A stretch of DNA of 64,000 bases, taken from the NCBI GenBank assembly GCA_038087875.1, contig CM075978.1, positions 190,092,001 through 190,156,000 of the forward strand, written 5' to 3'. The notes beneath the pieces are model-generated. The model was not told the origin of the DNA. It made no database searches and saw nothing but the letters and a program-made list of their open reading frames with translations. Of the stretch, positions 1 to 12,471 are shown in pieces. The stretch is from Malacoraja senta (Eukaryota). The translations under genes and the position numbers were made by a program. The stretch's first letter is position 1. Each line of letters begins with the position of its first letter.

Positions 1-581
1 TGATATCATAAGTGAAAGAGATAGAATGTGGGGCCACTATAGTTTGGTACGAGGCAAGATTATATCAACACAGAAGCTGTTGGATCATTCACTCAGCCAG
101 CAATTAATGGCTAGATTTTACATATGGTTTAGGTAAATACTTATGCTCTGCCTTTTGTCTCTTGACAGTTAAGATTCTTGAACTTGCTTTCAGAACATAC
201 TAGGTTTTTATGCCCTGTATTTTCATGGTGATAGGAATTTGGAAATGTTCCTCAGAATGTAACTGTTTTGTTCTTAGTCTTCCCACTTTCCCTCCCAGAA
301 TCCAAACCTTTAATCCAAGCGTCTGAAACTGCAATTGTTGACATTTCATGTCCAAGTGAAAATATTACTCAGCCCTAGACAAATATGATGTAAAACAGAC
401 TTAATAAAATAGAACTAGTAGGAAACAGCCTGCCATTTTACACTTATGGTGATTGCTTTGTGATATAAAGCAGAATATGACCAAGCTTTCAAGTGTAGAA
501 ATCTAATTGCTTGTATCAACAAACGCTATCGTTTGCTTCTCACAAGCAGCTTAGAACTATAGAATCATTGAAAAATGGAGG

Positions 582-915
582 CGTAAGAAAGTGCAGATGC
601 TGAAAATCTTGAGCAGAGCGCAAAGTGCTGGAGTAATTCAGTGTCAGGCAGCGTCTCTGGAGAACGTCGATAGGTGATGTTTCGGGCTGGGATCCTTCTT
701 CAGACTGATCAGTCCCGACCCGAAAAATCACCTGTGCATGTTCTCCAGAGATGCTGCCTGACCCGGCATAGTAGATCTGATGGGCCGAATGGCCTAATTC
801 TGCTCCTGTCACTTATGATCGTATGATCATATGATCGTATGACCTGCTGAGTTACTCCAGCACATTGTGTCTCTTTTTGTAAAGCAGCATCTGCAGATCT
901 GCAGTTCCATGTGTC
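582..915. mobile_element. Fold-back PLE mini-element, interrupted by a CR1 tail (~770-840)
   Basis: Inverted copies of the PLE tail; degenerate hammerhead at 676-703(-). Confidence 0.7.
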
Positions 916-2156
916 ACTATTTTGAAGCGGTGGTCTTTCTCCTCCCAAGTCCTCTCCTTCACCTAGATCTGATCAGAAGGGAAGGTAGGGAGTGAATTGT
1001 AGAGCCGAGGGAGAGATGGTGGGCTGAAGGGAATGGGGAGCAAGACAACTGTAAGGCAACAACTCTACCGCTGCGCCACTGTGCTGCCCAAAACTTAATG
1101 CAGGAGCATTTGACATCATGGACTGTCTGCTTGGAAAGAAAATAGAATTGATTTCCAACAGCATTGACATTCCTCCATTGACTTCTAAAGCACAAATCAC
1201 TGCCTTTCTTCTTTTAATCATCGTATCCAGGTGAATATTTTCATAATTTTGCCAGGTGCAATCTGGAAAATGACATTTTTAATATGGAGGTGCAGAAATG
1301 TTTTAATGGTCTAATCCTACGGCCCCTGTACCGACAGCAAACTGGGGAGGGTTTGCGCTAAATTTGCCACAGGCTTGCTCATGACACAATAGACGTTCGA
1401 AATCAATTGATAAATCTTTGCATTGACTGGTTTTCGAGCCACTTCTGCCGGCTAATCCCTTTAATCCGGTCACCAAAGAACATGGGCAGGCAGAAATATT
1501 AATTGTTTCAGAAAAAATACAAAGGAGAAAAGATTTTTTTCTTCTTTGAAGAAAGGAGCATGAATTCTGTCAAAAACATTAATGGAACGACCAGATTTGA
1601 ACCGCAGTGACCTGACTTGCATCCAGTCCTCCCACTAAGACCATTCTCAGTCATAAACTCTTGCGTCAGTCAGCAACATACATTACAGTCCACATCAAGA
1701 TAACCCAGTATGGGTTATAATATGGCAATATTCGTGAATGGATTTGATTCCAATCAATTCAGAATGCTGCAATGTGCTCGTGTTAACAGCCCTCCTTTGA
1801 ACCTTAAAGGATTGTTTTTGCTTATGCATGCTAACAATAAAGTAATGCCTTCTTTCATCTCCCACGAGGAGATGTATCGCAATCCTTCATAATAATTCTC
1901 ATAAATTTTAAGGAGCGCAGCAACTATTTTTATGAAAAAAAGAATTAATATAGATAAGCTGTTGACAAGTGCAGCATTTTGCGACCAGTCACATTCGTTG
2001 CAATTGTAAAGACGTGAAAAATGCTGTGAAATGGAGTTTGCTGTTAATGATTTTTCCCGATGTGATTTTTCCCTCATGTTATAACAGAAATAGCTCCAAC
2101 TTGCAACCAAGCAGCAATTTGTCACTTCATTAAAAGTAGGTAAAGTCAACTACAGC

Positions 2157-2388
2157 ATGTGTAGGAAGGAACTGCAGATGCTGGTTGAAACCGGAAGGTA
2201 GACACAAAATACTGGAGAAACTTAGTGGGTCAGGCAGCATCCCTGGAGAAAGGGAATAGGTGACGTTTCGAGTAAAGACCCTTCTTCAGACTAAAGACGG
2301 GTCTCGGCCCATATCATCACCTATTGCTTTTCTCCAGAGATGCTGTCTGACCTGCTGAGTTACTCCAGCTTATTGTGCCTATCTTCGG
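2157..2388. mobile_element. Fold-back PLE mini-element
   Basis: Head-to-head tails joined at the hammerhead (2262-2289 -); degenerate flanking repeat GGTAARGTCARCTACA. Confidence 0.8.
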
Positions 2389-3194
2389 TAAGGTCAGCTA
2401 CATTTTTTACAGTTGGTTGTTCAGAGAGAAAAAAAATCCCTACACCCTCCCACGAGCAACATTTGTATTGAATACACAGCAATGGAATGGAGGGGAGTAA
2501 ACGATTCTTGTGTCTGCTAAACTGAATCACTTTTTGACATCAAAACTGTTCCTAGTCAGAGTCCTGGTGAATTAAAATAGAAATATCTGCTAAGAATGGA
2601 CATACCTCTGAAGCATATCGGTTTCAGTCCAACACCAGTCTGGAACCAAGTCCATATTGTGGATAAAAAGCTTCACATAAAAATGCCAAATCCATTATTC
2701 TTGATCTACTCTGAAGTGCATGTTCAATTCTGCTGCAGAGGGTTTGGCTGTCTTCAGACTTGGAGCTGGCACAAGGTAAATACCCAGAGGGAAACCTAGA
2801 TTGAGTCTGATGCTTTCCAAGATCTTCTCAAATATATACTTCTGGACAAAGTGAATCAGTCATGTAATGTGGCCCCACATCATTCACGTAAGTGGAGAAT
2901 TACGCTTGCTTTACCTTTTGATCTGCTCTTTCAATCGCAGCGACACTTTGGCAACGTATCTTAGAGCAATGTCCTATCACCTCAGGCGCCTTGGGCTTAA
3001 TCCAGACGGAACAGATGGAAGGGTAGTCTCCACTCCACGATAACTATTAAGGATCCTTACTGAAATGAGTACTAGCAGCCTGACAGGGAGAACGGATGTG
3101 GTGTCAGTGTGAAACACTTCCCCTCATTCCTTACGCCATCCTAACTCACAGAACTGTATACTTTCTCACAGATTCAATTCTCCATTTAAAGGTT

Positions 3195-3595
3195 TAGAAA
3201 CATAGACAATAGACAATAGACAATAGGTGCAGGAGCAGGCCATTTGGCCCTTCGAGCCAGCACCGCCATTCAATGTGATCATGGCTGATCATCCCCAATC
3301 AGTACCCCGTTCCTGCCTTCTCCCCATATCCCCTGACTCCGCTATTTTTAAGAACCCTATCTAGCTCTCTATTTTTAAGAGCCCTATCTGAGGCAGAAAA
3401 TTCCACAGACTTACAACTCTCTGTGAGAAAAAGTGTTTCCTCGTCTCCGTTCTAAATGGCTTACTCCTTATTCTTAAACTGTGGCCCCTAGTTCTGGACT
3501 TCTGGATAGAAACATAGAAAATAGGTGCAGGAGTAGGGCATTCGGACCTTCGAGCCAGCACAATTCAATATGATCATGGCTGATCATCCAAAATC
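3195..3595 (-). mobile_element. CR1 (HER1-like) LINE 3' ends, two copies
   Basis: SRTRGHSLRIRSKPFRTETRKHFFSQRVVSLWN; (TAGACAA)n / catagaaa tails. Confidence 0.85.
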
Positions 3596-3763
3596 TACCT
3601 CCATCAGCATTTTGTGTCTACATTTGTATTCCTACATGTACAGCTTTGACCTTTGATCGGGCAAAAGGTATAGGTATTCTGAGCATTACCCCCCCCCCCC
3701 CCCCCCCCCCCCACCAGGCCCTAGACTCTCCTACTGGTGGAAACATCCTCTCTGATTACGTTG

Positions 3764-4160
3764 AGGCAGTAATCAAGGACAAGTCACACCATGGCCACTC
3801 CCTCTTCTCCCCTCTCCCATTAGGCAAAAGATATAGAAGTGTGAAAACCCACACCTCCAGATTCAGGGACAGTTTCTTCCCAGCTGTTATCAGGCAACTG
3901 AACCATCCTACCACAACTAGAGAGCAGTCCTGAACTACTATCTACCTCATTGGAGACCCTCAGACTATCTTTGATCGGACATTACTGGCTTTATCCTTTA
4001 CTAAACAATATTCACGTTATTCCCTTTATCATATATCTGTCAACTGTAAATGGCTCGATTGTAATCATGTATCGTCTTTCTGCTGACTGGTTAGCACGCA
4101 ACAAAAGCTTTTCACTGTACCTCGGTACACGTGACAATAAACTAAACAGAAACTGAAACT
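3764..4160 (+). mobile_element. Rex1/Babar-type LINE 3' end
   Basis: IKDKSHHGHSLFSPLPLGKRYRSVKTHTSRFRDSFFPAVIRQLN, then a 3'UTR ending gtgacaataaactaaac. Confidence 0.82.
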
Positions 4161-4909
4161 GCTGCATTCTACGGCACCTGAGATAACCTGAGATGCCAAA
4201 ATTCTTACAACAGTACAAAATGGTGCCAAATGGCCCCATAGCAGAAGCGTCCACGTGGCGGGGCTGGAAACTGGAAGTATCCTGAGCTAATTCTGCTACC
4301 ACCATCATCTATTGTGACAAGTGATGGCTCCCACTGATTGTCGTCGGAAGCTTGCGTCCTTTTCAGGACGGACGATGACAGCGAGGTCAACATTTGTAAC
4401 AAGATGGACATGAAAAGCAGAAGGTGCCAAATGCTGCTCTTCCAAGCCAGTGTGTATCCCACTGATTAGTGGTCCGTGATTTATTCTAGACTATGTACCA
4501 GACTAGACTCTGGATTATTGATCCAGAGATAGGAGTTCAAATCCCATTACTGATGTTAAGAAATTCAAATTCGGTTTAAATTTGTTTTCGATTTTTAAAT
4601 GATGCCAATGATCACGGCCAGATTGTTGTAAAATCCCATCCAGTCCATTAATTCCCTGCATGAAAGAAAAGTCTGCTTACCTGACCAGACCAATGTGTGG
4701 CTCTTAACTACCTCGGAAACAGTCAAGCAAGCTGTTCAATTATATCAAATATATTAGTGTTAAAAAGTGGTCAGGTGAAACTTGGACAAACCATACTGCA
4801 ATGACCAAAGGCACGGGATGAAGACATGAGAGAGTTTTCTGTCCAGCTCATTGCGAATTGGGAAGACTGTTCCAAAAGCTAGTCAGACAAAATGGACGAA
4901 GAACATTTA

Positions 4910-5080
4910 AGGGCCTGTCCCACTTGGCCGTCATTTGCACGCCATTTACGCAACCTCCAAAAATTTGGTCATCGCGTTGTGACGCACGGGTAGCGCGGGA
5001 CTGGCGCATGGAGAGGCATGGAGGAGTGTGGAGTTGCGCGCGGTATCGCGCGGCATTCCAGGATTTCGTGCTGCACGAGC
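4910..5080. mobile_element. Truncated Harbinger-type MITE (one arm only)
   Basis: TAA followed by GGGCCTGTCCCACTT TIR and CpG-rich interior; the other end is replaced by a SINE fragment. Confidence 0.6.
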
Positions 5081-5082
5081 AA

Positions 5083-5322
5083 TGGGTGCTGTCTGCATGG
5101 AGTTCATACGTTCTCCCTGTGACCACGTGGGTTTTCTCCGGGCTCTCCAGCTTTCTCCCACATTCCAAAGACGTACTGGTTTGTAGGTTAATAGGCTTGG
5201 TATAAATGTAAAAAAAATTGCCCCTAGTATGTGTAGGGGAGCGTTAATGTGCTGGGATCACTGGTTGGTGTGGACTTGATGGGCCGAAGGGCCTGTTACC
5301 GCGCTGTATCTCTAAACTAAAC
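5083..5322 (+). mobile_element. V-SINE, 5'-truncated
   Basis: V-domain and (AAACT)n tail. Confidence 0.8.
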
Positions 5323-5664
5323 TGCTTCCAATTGCTCTGTTCACCAAAGATAGACTCCAAAGGCAGTCGTACAGGTTAGAGGGCTAAGATAAGGTGTTAT
5401 CCATGGTCGAGTGATGCCTTTTCCAGGAAGAAGAGAGGGAAAGGGGGCAGTAAAATTCACCTCCATGTTACTCAATGACACCGCAGTTGGTTCACAATGG
5501 AAATGCTGCTGGTTAGGCCACGTGCAGATTTTTTTGAACAGAAGCTGCACTCACTTGCGGAAAAGGCCCATCAAACAAATATTAGGAATAACATTCTTAT
5601 GCAAAGCGTGTTCTTTCATGCTCAGTTTGGGAATTATTTATTATGCCTGTGCATGGAATGCAAA

Positions 5665-6456
5665 GTTAACTAATAATCGGAGCACCTCACATTTCGTTTG
5701 GGCGGCTTACAACCCAGCGGTATGAATGTTGATTTCTCTAATTGCAACTAATGCCCCTGTCCCACTTAGGTGATTGTTTAGACGACTACAGACGACTAGG
5801 CTGTCGCCACGTGGTCGCCGGGGTGTCGCCTGTACGGTCGTGAGTCGTCTCCTCAGTCGGCCAAAGAGTCGTAGCGTTTTTCTGGTCGCCGCTGGATTTT
5901 GAAATGTTCAAAACTTTTCGGCGACAGTCGGCGACAGTTGGGCTTGACGCCAATGAGCGTAGCTTGACTTCGCCTGACGTGGGTGCTGTCGTAGGTTGTC
6001 GCCAGGATGACGTAGGTTGTCGCCGGTGCTGACTTTGGGTTTTTTTTGTTGTGGATGTATGATTCCATTTCAAATTTTATGCCGAAGGTGGTCCAGTCGC
6101 TGTTTTTTTGGTGACCTGCTACGACTATGATAGTCGCCTAAAAATAGCCTAAGTGGGACAGGCCCATAACCCTTGCCTTCCCTTCCTCCCCCCCATCCCT
6201 CAACCTAGTCGTCCTACTAGATCCACCGTTCACTCCTTGTATCCCGTCGAGATCACCACTTCCCCAGCCAACAATGGGCCATTGTGGGTTCCACCCTTCC
6301 TTGGTCTTCTGTTGCTGACCCTGCTTTGTCCTAGCCTTTTCTAACCTCCAATTCCCTCCCCTTTACTTTCAGTCTGAAGAAGGGTCCCGACCTGAAGCGT
6401 CGCCCATCCTTTTTCTCCAGAGATTCTGCCTGACCCGTTGACTTACACCGGCACTT
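5665..6456 (+). mobile_element. Penelope-like element 3' end (GIY-YIG terminus, tail, degenerate hammerhead 6374-6401)
   Basis: cacctcacatttcgtttgggcggcttacaacccagcggtatgaatgttgatttctc matches the PLE ORF end; a MITE is inserted at the TAA; the tail continues after 6169. Confidence 0.8.
5752..6166. mobile_element. PIF/Harbinger-type MITE
   Basis: TIRs TGCCCCTGTCCCACTTAGG / CCTAAGTGGGACAGGCCCA; TAA TSD (5749-5751, 6167-6169); many internal GTCGCC repeats. Confidence 0.85.
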
Positions 6457-6611
6457 TGAACGACAGTGCAGGAATTCCCACAACAGAAAATGTGCGACTT
6501 TTCAACAATGTTCCCTCGAGCAAAGAATGGACTACATTTTCAAATGAGAGAGCAAATTAGTTTTGTTGACCAACGGAAGGCATTTCCTATCTGCTCATCG
6601 ATTCAGAAGGA

Positions 6612-6705
6612 GGCTGAAGAAGGGTCTCAACCTGAAATGTCGCCTAGCCATTAACCTCCACAGATGCTGCCTGACCCGTGGAGTTCCTCCTGAGCTTTGT
6701 GTTTT
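6612..6705 (+). mobile_element. PLE mini-element, degenerate hammerhead 6614-6641
   Basis: ctgaagaagggtctcaacctgaaatgtc followed by the gatgctgcctgaccc tail. Confidence 0.7.
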
Positions 6706-6951
6706 GGACGTTAGATCATGGAACAGTACAGTGCAGGAATGAACCCTTTGGCTCACAATGTTTGTGGTGAACGTGATGCCAACTTAAACTGATCTCACCT
6801 GCCTGTACATGGTCCATATCCCTCTATTCCTTGCAATTCCATGCGCCTACCTGAGAGCCTCTTAAACGCCACTATCCTATCTGCCATTAATCGTAGTCAA
6901 GATTATGGTAGAATATTGCGGAAAGTAGAATCAATGGCTGAACGTGGCCTT

Positions 6952-7091
6952 TTTCCAAAGACGTACAGGTTTGTAGGTTAATTGGCTTCTGCAAAATTGT
7001 CAATTGTCCCTAGTGTGTAGGATAGTGCGATGTGATCGCTAGTCGCTGGGTCGAAGGGCCTGTTTCCATGCAGTATCTCTAAAGTCTAAAG
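6952..7091 (+). mobile_element. V-SINE 3' fragment
   Basis: ccaaagacgtacaggtttgtaggttaattggc...gggcctgtttcc. Confidence 0.75.
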
Positions 7092-7256
7092 CATACGCAG
7101 GGTCTAACACAATTACCTTTGAGTGCACTGACAATTATTTGGTAGAGAAATACAACAAATAAATCTTTTAGCAATCAGCTAAATCCTTTAGGCAGCAAAT
7201 AAGGCAATTGACCAGTTAGCTTTCTATTGATGCTAGTCAAAAAAAAAAAGAAATGT

Positions 7257-7688
7257 TACAGGGAGAAGGCAGGAGAATGGGGTTGAGAGGGAAAGATAGA
7301 TCAGCCATGATTGAAGATACATTGGATTAATAAGTTCATAAATTCATAAGTTCTAGAAGCAGAGGTAGGCCATTTGGCCCATCGGGTCTACTCCACCATT
7401 CCATCATGGTTTATCTATCTTTCCCTCTCAACCTCATTCCCGTGCCTTCTCCCCATAACCCCCGATACCCGTACTAATCAAGAATCTGTCAATCCCTGGC
7501 TTAAAAATACCGAATGACTTGACCTCCACTAGCCGTCTGTGGCAATGAATTCCACAGATCCACCACTCTCAAGAAATTCCTCCTCATCTCCTTTCAAAAG
7601 GCACATCTTTTATTCCGAGGCTGTGCCCTCTGGTCCTGGACTCCCCCACAAGTGGAAACATCCTCTCCACATCCACTGTATCCAGGAC
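7257..7688. mobile_element. CR1 LINE 3' fragments
   Basis: ggagaaggcaggagaatgggg motif plus a longer minus-strand copy. Confidence 0.75.
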
Positions 7689-7901
7689 TGAACACTTGCC
7701 AACTTCTCGCAATTAATATTACGTGACCCAACATCTGTGTTTTTTCAATGGTTCAAAGGGACGTTATTATCACGTGCCTAGGTTCAGTGAAATTCCTTTT
7801 TTTGCGTACAGTTCAGTAAAAATTGTATTGTACCTAGGCCCAGTTATACTTATGTACAAGAGTAGGTAAGAGTGCTTGATTACACTGAGGCAGTACCCAA
7901 G

Positions 7902-8272
7902 GGCAGTAATCAAGGACAAGTCACACCCTGGCCACTCCCTCTTCTCCCATCTCCCATCAGGCAAAAGGTATAGAAGTGTGAAAACGCACACCTCCAGATT
8001 CAGGGACAGTTTCTTCCCAGCTGTTATCAGGCAACTGAACCATAGAGAGTAGTCCTGAACTACTATCGACCTCATTGGAGATCCTCAGACTATCTTTGAT
8101 CAGACTTTACTGGCTTTATCCTGTACTAAACATTATTCATGTTATTCCCTTTATCATATATCTGTAAACTGTGAATGGTTCGATTGTAATCATGCATTGT
8201 CTTTCTGCTGACTGGTTAGCATGCAACAAAAGCTTTTCACTGTACCTCAGTACACGTGACAATAATTAAACT
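7902..8272 (+). mobile_element. Rex1/Babar-type LINE 3' end
   Basis: Homologous to 3764-4160. Confidence 0.82.
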
Positions 8273-8317
8273 CACAAGAGCCACCACGTTTCTGGCACCA
8301 TCTTGTATCCTTCACTT

Positions 8318-8634
8318 TACACTTTAGACTTTAGTGATGCATTGTGGTAAACAGGCCCTTCGGCCTGCCGAGTCCGCACCGACCAGCCATCACCAGATAC
8401 ACTCGCACTATCCTACAAACGCTATGGACAATTTACCATTTTTCTTTACAGAAGCCAATTAACCCACAAACCTGTACATCTTCGGAGAGTGGGAGGAAAC
8501 CGGAGCGCCCGGACAAAAGCCACGCAGCTGCAGGGAGAATGTACAAACTCCGTACAGACAGTACACGTAGTCAGGATCAAACCCGGGTCTCTGGCGCTGT
8601 AAGGCAGCAACTCTACCAGTTCACCACCGAGCAC
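8318..8634 (-). mobile_element. V-SINE
   Basis: Reverse complement of the family consensus. Confidence 0.82.
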
Positions 8635-9355
8635 GTTCAAATTTGTTGAAAATGGAGAGTCTTAACTTGGCCATAAAGGCCCGTTGTCCTGGGTTGGAGT
8701 TACAGGAGTCCGTCTGGCCAGATAATATCTGTCAAGCCTAACATATGGCAATAGAGGCAGACCAGCCTGTGCACCACTATGGGTTAAAGTGCATTATTCC
8801 CAGTTGGAATCTGCAAAATGATTTCATCCTGATCGTATTTCCTTCAAAGCCTATTAAAATTATATTAAAATAACCCATCTACTTATAACCCTCTTGTTAA
8901 ATCAATCCCAAATATATTGAGCTCTGCGATTGGTTGTGATTTTAAATTTATGCAATTGACCTGAAATTAACAATTACATCAGAGGAAAAAGGATAATGTG
9001 TCTCTGCTTAAATATAACCGCTGCGGCTGATTTAAAACAGAAATTAGTCCAATCTGTTGTGCATTTGGAAAGTAAATAACCCCCTGGTGCAGATCTATGC
9101 AGGCGTACTGCTAAGCTGATCCAGTACTCAAAAGGTTAAGCTATATTCTCGACAAACGCGGTGCCCCCTCAAGAACTGCTTTTGCACATGTCTTTATCTG
9201 TCATCACACCACATGCATGAAAAGAAAACACAGACATCAGGAAAAGCAGGCAGTCCCGTGCCTTCTGCCAGTTGCTGTTGGAATGCTGGTCCTGACCTCA
9301 ACACACATGTACCTTCCCCACAAAAGATTCAGTCGTTCTCCTCGGAGAAATCTTA

Positions 9356-9668
9356 GGGGCGGCACGGTGGCGCAGCGGGTAGAGCTGCTGCCTCACAGCG
9401 CCAAAGACCCCGGTTCCATCCCGACTACGGGGGGCTGTCTGTGTGGAGTTTGTACGTTCTCCCCGTGACCTGTGTAGGTCTTCCCCGGGTGCTCCGGTTT
9501 CCTCCCACACCCCAAAGACACACGGGTTTGTAGGTTAATTGGCTTTGGTAAAATTGTAAATTGTCCCTAGTGTGTAGGATAGTGTTGGTGTGCGGGGATC
9601 GCTGGTTGTCGCAGACTCGGTGGGCCGAAGGGCCTGTTTCCGCGCTGTACCTCCAAACTAAACTAAAC
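9356..9668 (+). mobile_element. Full-length tRNA-derived V-SINE (HE1-like)
   Basis: A box (tggcgcagcgg), B-box-like ggttccatccc, V-domain gttctccccgtg...ctccggtttcctcccac, CR1-derived 3' end gggccgaagggcctgtttcc and (AAACT)n tail. Confidence 0.88.
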
Positions 9669-9915
9669 GTCAATCTGTTTTGCTGTCACAACCACGATTT
9701 TTATCCTATTCTCTAAATGTTCTACTGATCCTCTGTCCTTCGTTTGCATCTAGCAGTAAATCAACAATTTGTGCCACTGCAGACTCTTTACAGAGATGTT
9801 TGCACTGAAGGCATCAACTTGTGTGAATCCAAAATGACTTTTAAAACTGCTCAGTTCATTCTACTTTAACTCAGCAAGATGTTGACATGAATTTAGATTT
9901 ATATCAGTTAATTTT

Positions 9916-10814
9916 TGTTTAGTTTAGTTCAGAGATACAGCGCAGAAACGGGCCCTTCGGCCCACCGATCCTTGTACATTAATGGGCCTGTCCCACTTAG
10001 GCGATTTTTTCGGCGACTGCCGGCGACTGTCCTAGTCGTAGCAGGTCGCCGAAAAAACGGCGAATTAGACCCCCCCCTACGACAATGCCCGCGACAATGT
10101 CGACAACAACCTACCACCTAGTCGACGTCAAGCTGCGGCAAGCTACCGACAACCGGCGACCCATTAGGACGTCCGCCTACGACCACACCTACGACGACCT
10201 AAGTCCACCCGCGACAAGCTACGACAAGGTAAGACAATTCAGTCGCCGGTACCTGTCGCCGGTTGATGTAGGTTGACGTAGGTAGTCGCCGATGGAATTC
10301 ACCGGTCAGCACCGGCGACAACCTACGTCATCCTGGCGACAACCTACGACAGCACCCACGTCAGGAGAAGTCAAGCTACGCTCATTGGCGTCAAGCCAAC
10401 TGTCGCCGACTGTTGCCGAAAACGTTTGAACATTTCAAAATCCAGCGATGACCAGAAAAAATGCTACGATTCTTTGGGCGACTGAGGAGACAACACGACC
10501 ATACAGTTGACACCCCGGCGACCATGTGGCGACAGCCTAGTCGCCTGTAGTTGCCTAACAAAATCGCCTGTGGGACAGGGGCATAACACTATCCTACACA
10601 CACTAGGACCAATTTGCAATGTTACCAAGCCAATTAACCTACGAACCTGTACGTCTTTGGAGTGTGGGAGGATATCGGAGCTCCCGGAGAAAACCCACGC
10701 TGGTTATGGGGGAGAACGTACAAACTCTGTACAGACTGCACCCGCAGTCAGGATCAAACGTGGGTCCCTAGCACTGTAAGGCAGCAACTCTACCGGTGTG
10801 CCACTGTGCTGCCC
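9916..10814 (-). mobile_element. V-SINE split by a Harbinger MITE
   Basis: SINE tail 9916-9982; remainder 10584-10814. Confidence 0.82.
9983..10583. mobile_element. PIF/Harbinger-type MITE, same family as 5752-6166 in opposite orientation
   Basis: TIRs TGGGCCTGTCCCAC / GTGGGACAGGGGCA; TAA TSD (9980-9982, 10584-10586); inserted in a V-SINE. Confidence 0.87.
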
Positions 10815-11134
10815 ACTTGTATGAACCAGAAATTACATTAAAGCTGCTCAGCTCACTCTAGTTAAGTAACCAAGATGTGGACATGAATTTAGATTTACTT
10901 CTTCTAAATATTCATGTAACTGGGACTTACATTGAGTTGTAAATCAGAACATTGCATTGAGCCGATCAATTATTCCGTACATTTCCCTATCACCAGAGAC
11001 CTTATAAAATCAAATAGAGGGGATGCTTTTCCACAAGTGCACGTAAGCACAGGAACCAATTCGGCTTAATGGGGGAAGCACACATTTTTGGGTCTGAAAT
11101 GGCAATACCAGATGAAAGCACAAGCCTATGTACG

Positions 11135-11530
11135 TTGAACGTGGATTTTTCTCATTTCAAGTAACCCTTGCATTCCCTCCCCTCCCCTCTATCCCCTCCA
11201 CCCACACCCTAGCTGTCCAACTACTGTTATCACCACTTCCCCAGCCAACAATGGACCATTGTGGGCTCCACCCTTCCTGAGGTCGTCCATTGCCGTCCCT
11301 GATTTCTTCTGGCCTTTTCCCGCCTCCAGTTTCTTTCCCCCCCCCCCCCCATCACAACTTTCAGTCTGAAGAAGGGTTCTGACCTGAAACATCATCTATT
11401 ATTTTTCTCCTGATGCCTGACCTGATGCCTGACCTGATGTATGACCTGATGCTGCCTGACCCGTTGAGTTACTCCAACACTTTGTGTCTATCTTTGACAT
11501 AAACCGGCATCAGCAGTTCCTTCCAACACA
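11135..11530 (+). mobile_element. Penelope-like element tail with degenerate hammerhead (11366-11393)
   Basis: Homologous to 6170-6456; internal tandem TGATGCCTGACC repeats at ~11410-11460. Confidence 0.8.
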
Positions 11531-11556
11531 AAGCACGAGCCTTGCTCTACACTATC

Positions 11557-12113
11557 ATATAGAAACATAGAAAATAGGTGCAGGAAGGAGTAGGCCATTC
11601 GGCCCTTCGAGCCAACACCGCCATTCAATATGATCATGGCTGATCATCCAAATTCAGTACCTCGTTCCTGCTTTTTCCCCTTATCCCTTGATTCCTTTAG
11701 CCCGAAGAGCTAAATCTAACTCTCTCTTGAAAACATCCAGTGAATTGGCCTCCACTGCCTTCTGTGGCAGAGAATTCCACAGATTCACAACTTTCTGGAT
11801 GAAAACGTTTTTCCTCCTCTTCAGCCCCCATATCCATTCCATATCTCCTTCTACCCATCTCCATGTCAAGAGTCTTTAATTCTCATATGTAGCATATGTT
11901 CTAGGAACAGAATTAAGCCATTCGGCCCATCAAGTCTACTCCGTCATTCAATCATGGCTGATCTGTCTTTCCCGCTCAACCCCATTCTCTTGCCTTCCAT
12001 GACCCTGACCCTTACAAATCAAGAATTTATCTATCTCTGCCTTCAATGTATCCACTGACTTGACCTCCACAGCTGTCTGTGGCAATGAATTCTACAGATT
12101 CGCCACCCTCTGA
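11557..12113 (-). mobile_element. Two CR1 LINE 3' fragments
   Basis: FIQKVVNLWNSLPQKAVEANSLDVFKRELD. Confidence 0.82.
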
Positions 12114-12408
12114 CAAAAGAAGACCAAAGAGGTTAGAGTTTATCATAAAGAAACTTGCATCGTACAACAAAGCATTGCACACACCGTTCTCTACGGAAAG
12201 TGCTTGACAACTTTTACAGGAACTTTTACAAAAACATCACAACGTAAACAAAGCTTCGTTAAATGCTGCGTTTCTTAAAGTGATAAACAACCAATATTAC
12301 GTCTATGTGCAGGAAGGAACTGCAGATACTGGTTTAAACCAAAGATAGGCACAAAAAGCTGGGGTAACTCAGCAGGACAGGCAACATCTCTGGAGTGAAG
12401 GAATGGGT

Positions 12409-12436
12409 GACGTTTCGGGCCGAAACCCTTCTTCAG
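12409..12436 (-). ncRNA. Minimal hammerhead ribozyme core
   Basis: Minus strand CUGAAGA-A-GGG-UUUCGG-CCC-GAAA-CG-UC. Confidence 0.72.
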
Positions 12437-12471
12437 ACTGGTTAGATATAAGGGAAACGAGAGATGTAGGC

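Noticed and set aside
4460-4800. Possible ancient SINE remnant (B-box-like gagttcaaatccc); other possible old LINE remnants at ~22540-22880 and ~26660-26940
   Set aside because: Too diverged to assign or delimit by eye; needs RepeatMasker/Dfam.
9356-9430. tRNA gene
   Set aside because: The A/B boxes belong to the tRNA-derived SINE head; no complete cloverleaf, and it continues into the V-domain.
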